A DNA stretch of 64,000 bases from Alphaproteobacteria bacterium (GTDB lineage Bacteria; Pseudomonadota; Alphaproteobacteria; MPNO01; UBA830), in NCBI GenBank assembly GCA_965243135.1, contig OZ251539.1, positions 3,168,001-3,232,000 of the forward strand, in the 5' to 3' direction. The notes under the pieces are model-generated. The model had not been told where the DNA came from, searched no databases, and worked only from the letters and a program-made list of their open reading frames with translations. Both the position numbers and the translations under genes were made by a program. Within the stretch, counting starts at the first letter, position 1; every line of letters starts with the position of its first letter. Below are positions 1-9,793 of the stretch, piece after piece.

Positions 1-111
1 GAGGTCCTTGCCGAGCCTCGCGATCTGGTCGGCCGGGAGTTCGGCGGCGGCCGGAGCGGCGAGCGCGCACCCCAGCGCGAGCGCCGTGCGGATTGCAATC
101 TTGTTTCTCAT
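1..111 (-). CDS. DUF1329-family periplasmic (LolA-like) protein, 5' part only; runs off the window edge
   Basis: Manual translation from ATG at 111: MRNKIAIRTALALGCALAAPAAAELPADQIARLGKDL. This is a signal peptide plus the 'ARLGxDL' start typical of DUF1329. It lies 7 nt downstream of the DUF1302 gene, its usual partner. Confidence 0.7.
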   Translation of the reverse strand, partial: MRNKIAIRTALALGCALAAPAAAELPADQIARLGKDL

Positions 112-118
112 CTTGGCC

Positions 119-2191
119 TCAGAACGAATAGGAGGTGGAGAAGGAGACGAAGTCGCGGTCGCTCAGGTAGTTCTTGCCGCCGCCGTAGAGCGTGACGCTC
201 AGATCCGCCCGCAGCCGGTCGAGCCAGCCCAGTCCGACTCCGAGAGTGACCGCGGTGCGTCCTTCGACGAAGGGGCCGCCGACGGCGCTGCTGCCGTTCA
301 AGTCGTGCTGGTACTGCGCGTACGGCGAAAGCCGCGCCGAAGCGAAGGCGTTGTTGTAGTCCAGCCGCGCCGCCGCGCGCCAACCCCAGGAACTGGCGTC
401 GGCAAGTTCGCTCCTGGCCCCGCCGCTGGCCAACGGAAGATCGCCCTTGCCCGGCATGTCGTGAATTCGCGTCAGCGCGACCTCCGTCGCGAACGCGAGG
501 CTGTCGGCCCCGAAGGCGGGCCCGAACACCCGCGTCGCCGTCGCCTGGACCTGGCTGACGTCGCGCTCGATCCAGCCCTGCAATTTCCCGCCGAGCAAAC
601 CGCGCAGGGCGGGAGCCCGCGGATCCCGTCCCAATGCCGCGGTCAAAGGCAGGAGGCCTTGCCCGAACAGATAGTCTTCGGCCAGTTGCAAGGGGCTGTC
701 GAGATGAAACGAGTATTCTCCCTGCAGCGCCCAGCCGGTGCTGCCCAGCTGCGTGTTGAAGCTGAGGCCGAAGACCTTGAGATCTTCCGGATATTCGACG
801 AAGTAGCGTGCGGTGCCGGCGTAGCGGTCTACGGCGAGAAGCGGCGCCACTGACCGGATACTGTTGACCTGCCCCGTGACATTATCATCGATTAGCTCCT
901 TGGTTTCCGGTGCTCCCAGCCGGGTCGCAACGAGTTCATCGATCATCGCCTGCGGTGTTCCGGGCGGTACCCCTGCAACAACGGCTGTCCTGATCTGCGT
1001 GGCCACTTCCCGGGTCACCGCCTGCCGCACCACGCCGCTTACCGTCGGCAAATCGCCCCTCTGGACCACTTCTGCCGCCACAAGACCCGAACCGTACCCT
1101 TCCAGCGTGCCGTAACGCGCGCTGACGAGCGGCAGGCGGCTGTGATGGTTGACGAAATAGAATCCGAACTCCGTGTCGTTGAGGTTTTCGGAAAGAATGC
1201 GCATCGCGATTCCCCACTGGCCGGAATCTCGGGGATCGCGGTCCGGGCTGCGCGCCACGCCCAGGAAATCGGGTGCGCGCGCCGGTTCGCAACCCGGCCC
1301 CTCGAAGGTCGAATCTGCGATCCGGCATTCCACACGGCCCGATAGGGCGAAGTCGGCGTTGATGGCGGGGAGCAGAGGGAGCAATTCAGGCGGCAATCCT
1401 CCGCCCTTGTCGGACACGGACACGTTGGGCAGAGTGAGAAAACCCATGCGACCGCCCGGGGTTGCGTAGTCGTTGGTCGAGAAATACGTCCCGCTCGGAT
1501 CGATCTCGGTCTCCTTCCAGGCGAGCTGGTAGAAGCCCTCCAGCGACAACGCGTCCAGCGGCGCGACCGACGCCGAAATCATCGGAACCGGCAGCAGGCC
1601 GTCGCGCAGTTCGGCGCCGGGCTTGCGCAGCTTGGCGACGTCGAACGGGTTGATGACGTTGATGCCGTTCTGGATGAAGGTGCTTTCGCCCCAATTGAGG
1701 ACGTGGCTGCCGAGGCGGAAGTCGAAGGGAACGTCCCCCGCGTCGAACGCGCCCGTGACGTAGTAGTCCAGCACTTCGAAACCGTCCCCGACTTCGTCCA
1801 GCGCCTCCCTGGACAGAGCCACGTGCTTCCGGTCGCGGTTCCGGTTTTCGAAGTCGGCGAACCCCTGGACGCGGACGAACGCGCCGAGCCCGCCCCGCCA
1901 GTCGACGTCGAGTTCGCTCGTGATCTTCGCGGTGTTGCTGATGACCCCGCGCGCGTAGTTGCGGTCGCCGTCGTCGGAATTCACGCCGATGAGGCTGTCC
2001 TTCCGCTGACCAATGCGAAACGCCATGCCGTGCGTGACGGTGGTGTCGAGGCTGACCCGGGTGTCGCCCTGGCTCAAGTCGGCCGCCAGCGCCGCCGGGA
2101 GCAGGCCGACGGCGGCGAGCGCGCCCGTCAGGGCGGCCGCGAGCGATACGCCCGCCTTGCGAAGCGGCAGGTTCCTTCGTGGTTGGTTCAT
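119..2191 (-). CDS. DUF1302-family outer-membrane beta-barrel protein
   Basis: Signal peptide, motifs NSDDGDRNY, NWGESTFIQNGIN, PGAELRDGLLPV, YFSTND, and C-terminal DRDFVSFSTSYSF ending in Phe. Start moved to ATG 2191, which has a GAGAGGA RBS. Confidence 0.85.
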   Translation of the reverse strand: MNQPRRNLPLRKAGVSLAAALTGALAAVGLLPAALAADLSQGDTRVSLDTTVTHGMAFRIGQRKDSLIGVNSDDGDRNYARGVISNTAKITSELDVDWRGGLGAFVRVQGFADFENRNRDRKHVALSREALDEVGDGFEVLDYYVTGAFDAGDVPFDFRLGSHVLNWGESTFIQNGINVINPFDVAKLRKPGAELRDGLLPVPMISASVAPLDALSLEGFYQLAWKETEIDPSGTYFSTNDYATPGGRMGFLTLPNVSVSDKGGGLPPELLPLLPAINADFALSGRVECRIADSTFEGPGCEPARAPDFLGVARSPDRDPRDSGQWGIAMRILSENLNDTEFGFYFVNHHSRLPLVSARYGTLEGYGSGLVAAEVVQRGDLPTVSGVVRQAVTREVATQIRTAVVAGVPPGTPQAMIDELVATRLGAPETKELIDDNVTGQVNSIRSVAPLLAVDRYAGTARYFVEYPEDLKVFGLSFNTQLGSTGWALQGEYSFHLDSPLQLAEDYLFGQGLLPLTAALGRDPRAPALRGLLGGKLQGWIERDVSQVQATATRVFGPAFGADSLAFATEVALTRIHDMPGKGDLPLASGGARSELADASSWGWRAAARLDYNNAFASARLSPYAQYQHDLNGSSAVGGPFVEGRTAVTLGVGLGWLDRLRADLSVTLYGGGKNYLSDRDFVSFSTSYSF

Positions 2192-2521
2192 CGGGTCCTC
2201 TCTCGAAGCGTCTTTCCGGCCAGTCGCGCCGCCGCGGCGAGCGGCGGCCGCAAACGGTTCGGTCATTTTCCATGCAAGGGCGCGGATGTCAAGGAACGCC
2301 GTCCGGGCGCGCGGCGCGACGCATGCATCGGCCGAAGAAGCGGCCGCGCAGGGGAACGCAACGCCCGCGTCTCGGCCTTCGAAGCCGCGGAAGCGACCGC
2401 GCGGCGCGCCGGACCCGGCTGCCGACGGGCGGACCCGCCTCGCATCGAAACCGCGATTCCCTTATGTTGGCCCGCGCTGCGGGCGGGCGGCGCGAAAGGC
2501 GTTCGGGGACATGGCTTACGG

Positions 2522-3007
2522 ATGAGGAAGATCGAGGACCTGCCGGAAATCTGGCGCGAAAGCGCGCGCGCCGAATGGTGCGATTACAACGAACATCTCA
2601 ATCTGGCGTACTACGTCCTGATCTTCGACCACGCGACAGACGCGTTCTACGATTCGGTCGGTCTCGACGAGGCCTACCGCAAGGCCACGGGCTGCTCCAC
2701 CTTCGCCGTCGAATCGCACACGAACTATCTCGCCGAACTCCGTGCGGGCGACGAGGTCTTCTGCACGACTCAGCTCCTTGGCTGCGACGCCAAGCGAATG
2801 CACTATTTTCACCGCATGTACCACGCGGAGCGGCGCTACCTTGCCGCGACCACCGAGCTCATGGGCGTCCACGTCGACCTTCGGGTTCGCAGGGTCGCGC
2901 CGATGAACGGGGATTTGATAACCGCGTTCGAACGTCTTCTGGAAGATCATCGGCAGTACCCGCGTCCCGAACAGCAAGGCCGCGTCATCGGCATTCCCGG
3001 GGCGTAG
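2522..3007 (+). CDS. Hotdog-fold acyl-CoA thioesterase (4HBT-like; resembles betainyl-CoA thioesterase domains)
   Basis: EWCDYNEHLNLAYY...FAVESHTNYLAEL motif; C-terminal part of ORF 1703..3007, start taken at ATG 2522. Confidence 0.8.
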   Translation: MRKIEDLPEIWRESARAEWCDYNEHLNLAYYVLIFDHATDAFYDSVGLDEAYRKATGCSTFAVESHTNYLAELRAGDEVFCTTQLLGCDAKRMHYFHRMYHAERRYLAATTELMGVHVDLRVRRVAPMNGDLITAFERLLEDHRQYPRPEQQGRVIGIPGA

Positions 3008-3439
3008 GGCGTTTCGGCCCGGCGGCAAGGCGCAGGGAGGCCGCGATCCTGCGGCGGTCGCCGGGCGCTTGGCGGCGCGCCGGCCCTTCGACTCCTTCGT
3101 CGCGCCAGCCGCCCGCTGCGAACCCGGTCGCCGCGCGCCGACCGGCGCGCGAACGGCGGCCCGGCCGGCAACCCGCGGCCCCCTGCGCGAAGGACGGCGG
3201 CTTGACCGCGCCTGCGGGAGCGCGAAACGAGCGAACGGGAGCGCCCGGCGGCCGGTTCCCGCTCGCCGCGACGGCCGCCGGATTCCGTTCCGCGAGCGCT
3301 CGCGCCGAAAAATGCCTCAAGATTCCCGATTCTGGATTCGCGTATCGAATTCCGGTATCTTTCGCTGACCTGTCACGGTCGGGGCGTCGGGTTTCGGTCG
3401 TTGGGCAATGGACCTTTACTACAGGGAAGGGACACAACA

Positions 3440-5416
3440 ATGTCGGCAAAAATTGTCTGGCTATCCATTTTCGTCCTCCTCTACTGGTGCTACTGCATCT
3501 ACTGGGGGTTCAAGTCGGCGAGGATGGCGAAGACGGCGGGCGACTACTTCATCGCGGGCCGCCAGATATCCATGTGGGTATTCGTGCTCGCGGCGACCGC
3601 GACATCGTTTTCGGGATGGACCTTCATGGGCCACCCGGGCCTGGTATACCGCGACGGCTTCCAATACGCGTACGCCTCGTTCTACACGATCACCATTCCA
3701 TTCACCGGCGTCATGTTCCTGAAGCGCCAGTGGATGTTGGGCAAGCGATTCGGATACGTCACGCCCGGCGAGATGTTCTCGGACTATTTCCAGGGCGACG
3801 CGATCCGGATTCTGACCGTCATCGTCGCGCTCCTGTTCTCCATCCCCTATCTCGGCGTCCAGCTCGGCGCGTCGGGCTTCCTGTTCAACGTCCTGACCGA
3901 CGGCTACGTCACCCAGGAATTCGGGATGTGGGTGCTGTCGCTCATCGTGCTCATCTACGTCGCCTCGGGCGGACTTCGCGCCGTGGCCTACGTGGACACC
4001 CTGCAATGCGTACTGCTCGCCATCGGCATCATCGTCACGGGCTTCATCGCCCTCAGCCTCGCCGGCGGATGGGGCGGACTGAACGAAGGCTTCGCCAAGC
4101 TGGCGGCCTCCGACGTCGCGAAGTGGGGAACGACCAAGGGCGTCGCGCTTTCCGGCGGCGACTACAATTCGTACTTCGCGATTCCGGGCGTGATCCAGTT
4201 CACGGCGGGCCTCGGCAAGGAAACGCCGATCGGCGGCCTGTGGACCGGCGTCATGGTCCTGACCTACATGTTCGCGCTGATGGGCATTCAGTCCGCGCCG
4301 GCGTTCTCGATGTGGTCCTTCGGCAATCGCAACCCGCAGCCGTTCGCGCCGCAGCAGGTCTGGGCCTCCTCGTTCGGCATCGGCCTGATCCTGTTCTTCT
4401 TCACCGCGTTCCAAGGCATGGGCGCGCATCTTCTGGGCGCCAATCCGCTGGTCAACGAGGCGAACCTCGCGATGTCGAACGCCCTTCCCGATTCGATCGC
4501 GGGGAGGCCGGATTCGCTCGTGCCGTTCTACTTCAACAACATCGCGGACGCCGCTCCGTGGCTGGTCGGCCTTCTCGCCGTCTGCGCCCTTGCGGCGATG
4601 CAGTCCACCGGAGCGGCGTACATGTCCACGGCCGGCGCGATGCTGACCCGCGACCTGTACAAGAGGTATCTCAAGCCTGACGCCAGCCACAGCGAGCAGA
4701 AGTTGTACGGCCGGTTGGGCGTCGCGTTCATCGTGATCGCCGCCCTCCTCGTCGCCACCTTCTCGCGAGACGCGCTGGTGCTGCTCGGGGGCCTGGCGGT
4801 GGCGTTCGGCTTTCAGATGTGGCCGGCGCTGGCGTCGGTTTGCTGGTTTCCGTGGCTCACCCGCCAAGGCGTGACCTGGGGGCTGGCCGCAGGTTTGCTG
4901 GCGGTCATCTTCACCGAGACCTTCGGACAGCAGATCGCCGGAACCATCGGCCTCGAGCTGCCGTGGGGCCGCTGGCCGTGGACCATCCATTCGGCGGGAT
5001 GGGGCATCTTCTTCAACCTGCTGATATGCCTTCCGGTCTCGGCGATGACCCAGGACGAGAGCGCGCGGGCGCATCGCATGCAGTTCCACAACTTCCTGCG
5101 CGAACACGCGTCTCTGTCGCCCGACAAGCGAAGCCTGGTTCCGGTAGCCTGGATCGTCACGCTGGCCTGGCTGTTCTTCGGCATCGGTCCCGGAGCGGTC
5201 ATCGGCAACGACATCTTCGGCGCGCCCAACGCCGGCATCGACGGCTGGACCTTCGGGATCCCGTCGATCTGGGCCTGGCAGATCCTGTTCTGGGTGCTGG
5301 GCGTCGCCATGATGTGGTTCCTCGCCTACAAGATGGAAATGTCGACCGTGCCCGAGCGCGAAATCGAAGCGCTGGTCGAAGACATCGGCGACAAGGCCGC
5401 GCAACAGAGCGGCTGA
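3440..5416 (+). CDS. Sodium:solute symporter (SSS) family transporter
   Basis: About 14 hydrophobic segments; motifs DYFIAGR, ATSFSGWTFMG, SGGLRAVAYVDTLQ, LAAMQST. ATG 3440 follows GGAAGGGA. Confidence 0.92.
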   Translation: MSAKIVWLSIFVLLYWCYCIYWGFKSARMAKTAGDYFIAGRQISMWVFVLAATATSFSGWTFMGHPGLVYRDGFQYAYASFYTITIPFTGVMFLKRQWMLGKRFGYVTPGEMFSDYFQGDAIRILTVIVALLFSIPYLGVQLGASGFLFNVLTDGYVTQEFGMWVLSLIVLIYVASGGLRAVAYVDTLQCVLLAIGIIVTGFIALSLAGGWGGLNEGFAKLAASDVAKWGTTKGVALSGGDYNSYFAIPGVIQFTAGLGKETPIGGLWTGVMVLTYMFALMGIQSAPAFSMWSFGNRNPQPFAPQQVWASSFGIGLILFFFTAFQGMGAHLLGANPLVNEANLAMSNALPDSIAGRPDSLVPFYFNNIADAAPWLVGLLAVCALAAMQSTGAAYMSTAGAMLTRDLYKRYLKPDASHSEQKLYGRLGVAFIVIAALLVATFSRDALVLLGGLAVAFGFQMWPALASVCWFPWLTRQGVTWGLAAGLLAVIFTETFGQQIAGTIGLELPWGRWPWTIHSAGWGIFFNLLICLPVSAMTQDESARAHRMQFHNFLREHASLSPDKRSLVPVAWIVTLAWLFFGIGPGAVIGNDIFGAPNAGIDGWTFGIPSIWAWQILFWVLGVAMMWFLAYKMEMSTVPEREIEALVEDIGDKAAQQSG

Positions 5417-5431
5417 CCGCCCGCGCTTCGA

Positions 5432-5460
5432 ACCCGGGGAAGGACGGTCCTTCCCCGGGT
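5432..5460. repeat. Perfect 14-bp inverted repeat (intercistronic hairpin)
   Basis: ACCCGGGGAAGGAC-G-GTCCTTCCCCGGGT between the SSS gene and the next ORF; no U-tract. Confidence 0.75.
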
Positions 5461-5474
5461 CCTGAACCGACCGC

Positions 5475-5717
5475 ATGGAAGATCTGTTCACAGGCCGGTT
5501 TCAGCTATTCTGGGCGGTGGCCCTGGCCGGACTGCTTTTCCTTCCGGTCAGGCAACTCGTCTGGGTGCTCTCGGTTCGGCGCGCCGAACGCGACGGCGCG
5601 AAAACGGGCGACGAGGAGCGTCGGCGGCTTCGTCGGCGTTCTTCCGTCACCGCCGGGTTGCTCGTGTTCGTCTTTTCCTATTTCTACACGCTTCAACTCT
5701 TCCGGGACGGCGCATGA
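5475..5717 (+). CDS. Small two-TM membrane protein
   Basis: 80 aa with two hydrophobic helices; ATGA overlap with the downstream TPR gene. Confidence 0.7.
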   Translation: MEDLFTGRFQLFWAVALAGLLFLPVRQLVWVLSVRRAERDGAKTGDEERRRLRRRSSVTAGLLVFVFSYFYTLQLFRDGA

Positions 5718-6325
5718 ACGCCCGCGTTCTCCGGCGGTTCGTCATTCTGCTGGCGGTCGCCACCGGGGCGATGCTCACCGTCTGGACGATCGTTCTTCCG
5801 ATGGTGCGGAGCCCGCCCGGCGATTACGAAACCCGTCAGGGGGACATCCTGCTCGGCGACGGAAAGCTCGACGAGGCTCTGACCAGGTTCGACGAGGCGC
5901 TCGCCGCCTCGCCGGACCACCGGGGCGCGCTGATGGGACGCGCGCTGGTCTTCATCCAGAGCGAGAACTACCCGGATGCGAAAGCGGAGCTGACATACCT
6001 GATCCGCTTTTTGACGCGCTCCCTCGATCAAAGCGACATCACCGGGCGCGGGGTTCTCGCCGCCGCCTACGCCAACCGCGGGATCGTGCACGACCGGCTC
6101 GGACATTACCGGAAGGCGCTGGAAGACTACGTGGCGGCGCTCAGGACCGACGAGGGAACGCTGGAAGGCCCGGGGCTTTTCGAGAAGATCATCTACGGAA
6201 CGCCGCGGCCCTCGACCGTGCGCAAACGCGCCCGGTACATTTACGAACAGCTCCAGCTCCCCCCTGAAAAACGCCTGCTGCGCGTACCGGAAATCGACCG
6301 CAAGCAGCGCATGCACAAGCCCTGA
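5714..6325 (+). CDS. Membrane-anchored tetratricopeptide-repeat protein
   Basis: N-terminal TM segment; TPR patterns (ALMGRALVFIQ, AYANRGIVHDRLGHYRKALEDY). Confidence 0.85.
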   Translation: MNARVLRRFVILLAVATGAMLTVWTIVLPMVRSPPGDYETRQGDILLGDGKLDEALTRFDEALAASPDHRGALMGRALVFIQSENYPDAKAELTYLIRFLTRSLDQSDITGRGVLAAAYANRGIVHDRLGHYRKALEDYVAALRTDEGTLEGPGLFEKIIYGTPRPSTVRKRARYIYEQLQLPPEKRLLRVPEIDRKQRMHKP

Positions 6326-6333
6326 GCCGGGCC

Positions 6334-6534
6334 TCAGAAAGTGACGACGCCAAGCACGTCCTGGAAGAGCACGAGAAAAAAGAAGACGGCGGCGATGCAG
6401 CCGAAAAGCAGATGCACGAAGTCCTGCTGCCCGTCGGGATTGCGCTTTCTCAGGCCGTTCCACGCGATGGCGGCCGTCGCCGCGAGAAAAATCCAGTTGA
6501 CCGCCGTTTCGTATTCCCCGGTGAACTCGAACAT
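6334..6534 (-). CDS. Small membrane hypothetical protein
   Basis: 66 aa with two TM segments; GAGG-rich RBS. Confidence 0.65.
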   Translation of the reverse strand: MFEFTGEYETAVNWIFLAATAAIAWNGLRKRNPDGQQDFVHLLFGCIAAVFFFLVLFQDVLGVVTF

Positions 6535-6561
6535 ACCCTCTTCCTCTCCGCGGCTCCCGTT

Positions 6562-7029
6562 TCACTGCCCGGCCGGAACCAGCTCCCTCTTCTCGAAATA
6601 AGGCGGCAGGATAGATCCTCCCTCTTCGGTTGAATAGTGGGCGAGCGCCAGTCCAAGCGCGAGAACGCTGAACACGGCGACCGACGCGACCGCGAACCTG
6701 CGTCCAGCTCGCGGCACGGGCTTGACGTAGTCGGGATCGTAGCGATGAAAGCGCGGATCTCGCCAGTCGAGCGCGCCCCTGGCGTCGAGGTCGAGAATAT
6801 TCCGCGCGTAGTGCCGCGCCCAATGCGGCACGCTGTCGCGAAGCATGTACGAAGCGAACAGCGAGTCGACCAGCGCCGCGGGGAGTTCCCGACCGTGCCA
6901 GTCGCGATACGCGAGTTGCAGAAGCTGGAACTCGCCCACCTGCAGAGCGTTGGCGGCGCGGGCGATTTCCGCCTTCTCCGGCTCCTCCTCCCGGTCCGGG
7001 CGCAGCAACGCTTTCAGGAATTCGTCCAT
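6562..7029 (-). CDS. Hypothetical protein with C-terminal TM helix
   Basis: 155 aa with natural composition (VGEFQLLQLAYRDWHG, PHWARHYAR); GGAG RBS. Confidence 0.7.
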   Translation of the reverse strand: MDEFLKALLRPDREEEPEKAEIARAANALQVGEFQLLQLAYRDWHGRELPAALVDSLFASYMLRDSVPHWARHYARNILDLDARGALDWRDPRFHRYDPDYVKPVPRAGRRFAVASVAVFSVLALGLALAHYSTEEGGSILPPYFEKRELVPAGQ

Positions 7030-7115
7030 CGCAGGCTCCGTCCGCCCCCGTTATCTGATACCGTCGGTCGAGGGATCAAGGTCCGGTCCCGAAGCGCCAC
7101 GTCCAGATTCCGGCC

Positions 7116-8801
7116 ATGACAGATCCCGTCGCCGTCCGCATCCTTCGCAATCGCGTCTCCAGCGTCATGGAGGAAATGGACTATCACTTCTACCGATCCG
7201 GGTACTCCACGATCGTCCGGGAATCCAGGGATTTCAGCTGCGTTGTCGCCGACCGCAACGGACGCCTGGCGGCGGCGCCGCCGATGTTCTTCCACGGGCC
7301 GGTCTATTATCACCTCGTCCAGCGCGTTCTGGAGCTTTACGGGGAGAACGGCCTCGCCGACGGCGATTACCTCGTCTGCAATCATCCGTACGAAGGCAAC
7401 CTGCCCCACGTTCCCGACATGGCGATCGCCGCTCCCGTCTTTCACGGCGGGCGACTCGTCGCCTTCGCGGCGAGCGTCGCCCACAAGGCGGACATGGGCG
7501 GAGCGGTTCCCGGCAGCGCCTGGGGCCAGGCGACGGAACTGTTTCAGGAGGGGCTGCTTCTGCCGCCCCTCAAGATCGTCCGCGCCGGCGTTCCGAACCG
7601 CGACCTCGAACGCCTGATCGGCGCCAACTCTCGCGCGCCCGAACTGGTGCTGGGCGACATGCGGGCCCAGATCGGCGCGGTCGGAATCGGACGACGGCGC
7701 GTCGAGGCGCTGTGCCGCCGGTTCGGAGCGGACGCCTTCGCCGCGACGATGAAGGCCGTGATCGACGCGTCGGCCCGAAGTTTCAAGGCGGCGGTCGAAC
7801 GCCTGCCCGAGGGCGAACACGCCTCGGAAGGCTTTCTCGACGGCGACGGCGTCGACCGCGCCGCGCGGGTTCGCCTGCACGTCAGAATCGCCGTCGCGAA
7901 CGGGCGGGTGGAGTTCGATTTTTCCGGCTGTTCGGGCCAGACGCGGGGCCCCGCCAACCTGCGCCTCGCCATGGTCGAGGCCTGTTGCTTCTACTGCCTG
8001 ACGGGGTTTCTCGACCCCGAACTCCCGTACAGCGACGCCGCGAGGGACCTCGTGAGGTTCGTCTTCGCGCCCCGCTCCGTCCTCAACCCCGAACTGCCCG
8101 CCCCGTGCTCGTCCTACATGAAGACTTGCCACAAGCTGGTCGACGTCGTCCTGCAGGCGCTCGATCCGTTCATGCCCGGCCGGGCGATCGCCAACGCCGG
8201 CGGCAGCGGCGGCAGCATCGTCATGGCGTGGCCCGACCGCGAGCCGGGCCGCGGCAACCAGTACGAGATCTTCGGGTCCGCCTACGGCGCGGGAAAGAAC
8301 AACGACGGGGCGACCGGCGTTTCAACTCACCTCGCCAATCTCTACTGCACGCCCGTCGAGATCGTCGAATCGGAGTTCCCCTGCCGCGTCGTCCGCTACG
8401 AGCCGGTTCCCGACACCGGCGGCAACGGCGAGTTCCGCGGCGGGTTGTCCGTCCGGCGGGATTACGAACTGCTTGCGCGCGCCAGCGTCGTCTATCGCGC
8501 CGACCGGGCGGTCGTGCCGCCGGCCGGCCTTGCCGGCGGCGGCGACGGCGCCCCCAGCAGGTTCCTTCTCCATCCCGATACCCCGCAGCAAAGGCAGCTG
8601 CCTTCGTCTTTCCGCGAGGAATTCGCGCCGGGAACCCGCTTCAGCCTGCGCAGCGCCGGAGGCGGCGGTTACGGCGACCCGGCCCGCCGTTCGCCGGCCG
8701 CCCGCGCCCGCGACCTTGCGGAAGGCTACGCGACGAAGGCGGATGACGGCGTATCGAGGCTCGCGTTTGCCGAGGAAAAAGACGCGCGCCGCGGCGAATG
8801 A
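7116..8801 (+). CDS. Hydantoinase B / 5-oxoprolinase-family subunit
   Basis: MTDPV..ILRNR, YSTIVRESRDFSC, NHPYEGNLPHVPD, HKADMGGAVPGS, ELFQEG, GGGGYGDP. Confidence 0.92.
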   Translation: MTDPVAVRILRNRVSSVMEEMDYHFYRSGYSTIVRESRDFSCVVADRNGRLAAAPPMFFHGPVYYHLVQRVLELYGENGLADGDYLVCNHPYEGNLPHVPDMAIAAPVFHGGRLVAFAASVAHKADMGGAVPGSAWGQATELFQEGLLLPPLKIVRAGVPNRDLERLIGANSRAPELVLGDMRAQIGAVGIGRRRVEALCRRFGADAFAATMKAVIDASARSFKAAVERLPEGEHASEGFLDGDGVDRAARVRLHVRIAVANGRVEFDFSGCSGQTRGPANLRLAMVEACCFYCLTGFLDPELPYSDAARDLVRFVFAPRSVLNPELPAPCSSYMKTCHKLVDVVLQALDPFMPGRAIANAGGSGGSIVMAWPDREPGRGNQYEIFGSAYGAGKNNDGATGVSTHLANLYCTPVEIVESEFPCRVVRYEPVPDTGGNGEFRGGLSVRRDYELLARASVVYRADRAVVPPAGLAGGGDGAPSRFLLHPDTPQQRQLPSSFREEFAPGTRFSLRSAGGGGYGDPARRSPAARARDLAEGYATKADDGVSRLAFAEEKDARRGE

Positions 8802-9793
8802 CCGCGCGCGCAAGAGGCGCGACGCAAAACTGGAACGATCGAAAGTTGGCCTTCGAGGCCGCGAAGGCGGCCAACAGGCTGAGCGGCGCTGAAGGTCGCA
8901 CGCCCCAGTCGCCCGATCTCAGAGAGTTACGCCTGACGCGCTCCGGAGCGGGCGGTTCTCTCCGGTTTCTCGTTGAGCCGGCCCGCCCCGCGAGGTCCGT
9001 GAAATTTCTTGTCGGACGCCGGATTTCGCCCGTCATCCGGCTCCCTTCACGGATGCATCGCGCTCCGCGCCGGCCAACGGCTGCATGCGCTTGACGGCAT
9101 GGCGTTCAGCCGCGAGGCGGGCGCCCTTGAGTTTTCGGCGCGCATTGGATGCCGGAAAAGAGAACTTTCGGTCGGCGAGAGCGGAGAGCGTCGCCGAGCG
9201 TTTCCTGGACGCGCTCGCGGGCTGACCGGCGAAGATCTCGCTGCATCGACGGCGCAATAGGAGATCCCTGCCCGACATGCGCCACGGCGCACTGCCGGGC
9301 GAACGAGAACGTCCTCGACAAGTTTCGCGAGGGGCCGGCCGTCGCGGTCTCCATGCTGTCGCGCTGCCGAACCCAAGGAAGACGCCTGCATCGCCAGCCC
9401 GACAACTTCGACGACCTGCCGACCTGCGTCCGTTACAAGGATCCCGGCAGACCGAAGCGCGAGCGCTGCGATTGTTCGCAAAGTTCGGCGACGAAATGCA
9501 GGCGCTTTCCAGGACAGGATCTCGTGCATCCTGTTCGCCATTTTCGCCAAGAAGCGGCAGGGTGCGCCTCCCTCGTTCTCGCAAACACGGAATTTTTTTG
9601 CGAACCCAGACGACCGGGCTTGATTCGGTGCGCGACAATCATATATGTTTCGAACGTCGCCCAAAGGGATGGCCGAACGTGGCCTTCAGGGATCTTTCGG
9701 ATGACTGATTCCCTGCAGGTTCGGCGTTGAGCCGAAATTCTGCTCGTCCCGGCGGATCGATTCAATCAACTCCGCATCCGGGAGATCCATCTC

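Noticed and set aside
2179-5491. Long ORFs 2179..4680 (+) and 3461..5491 (-)
   Set aside because: Arg/Ala/Pro-rich shadow frames overlapping the real thioesterase and SSS genes; expected in high-GC DNA.
8798-9790. Short ORFs and a protein-like stretch (ANENVLDKFREGPAVAVS...) at the left edge of the GT island
   Set aside because: Could be gene debris, but I cannot assign a family or a start, and I found no terminal repeats.
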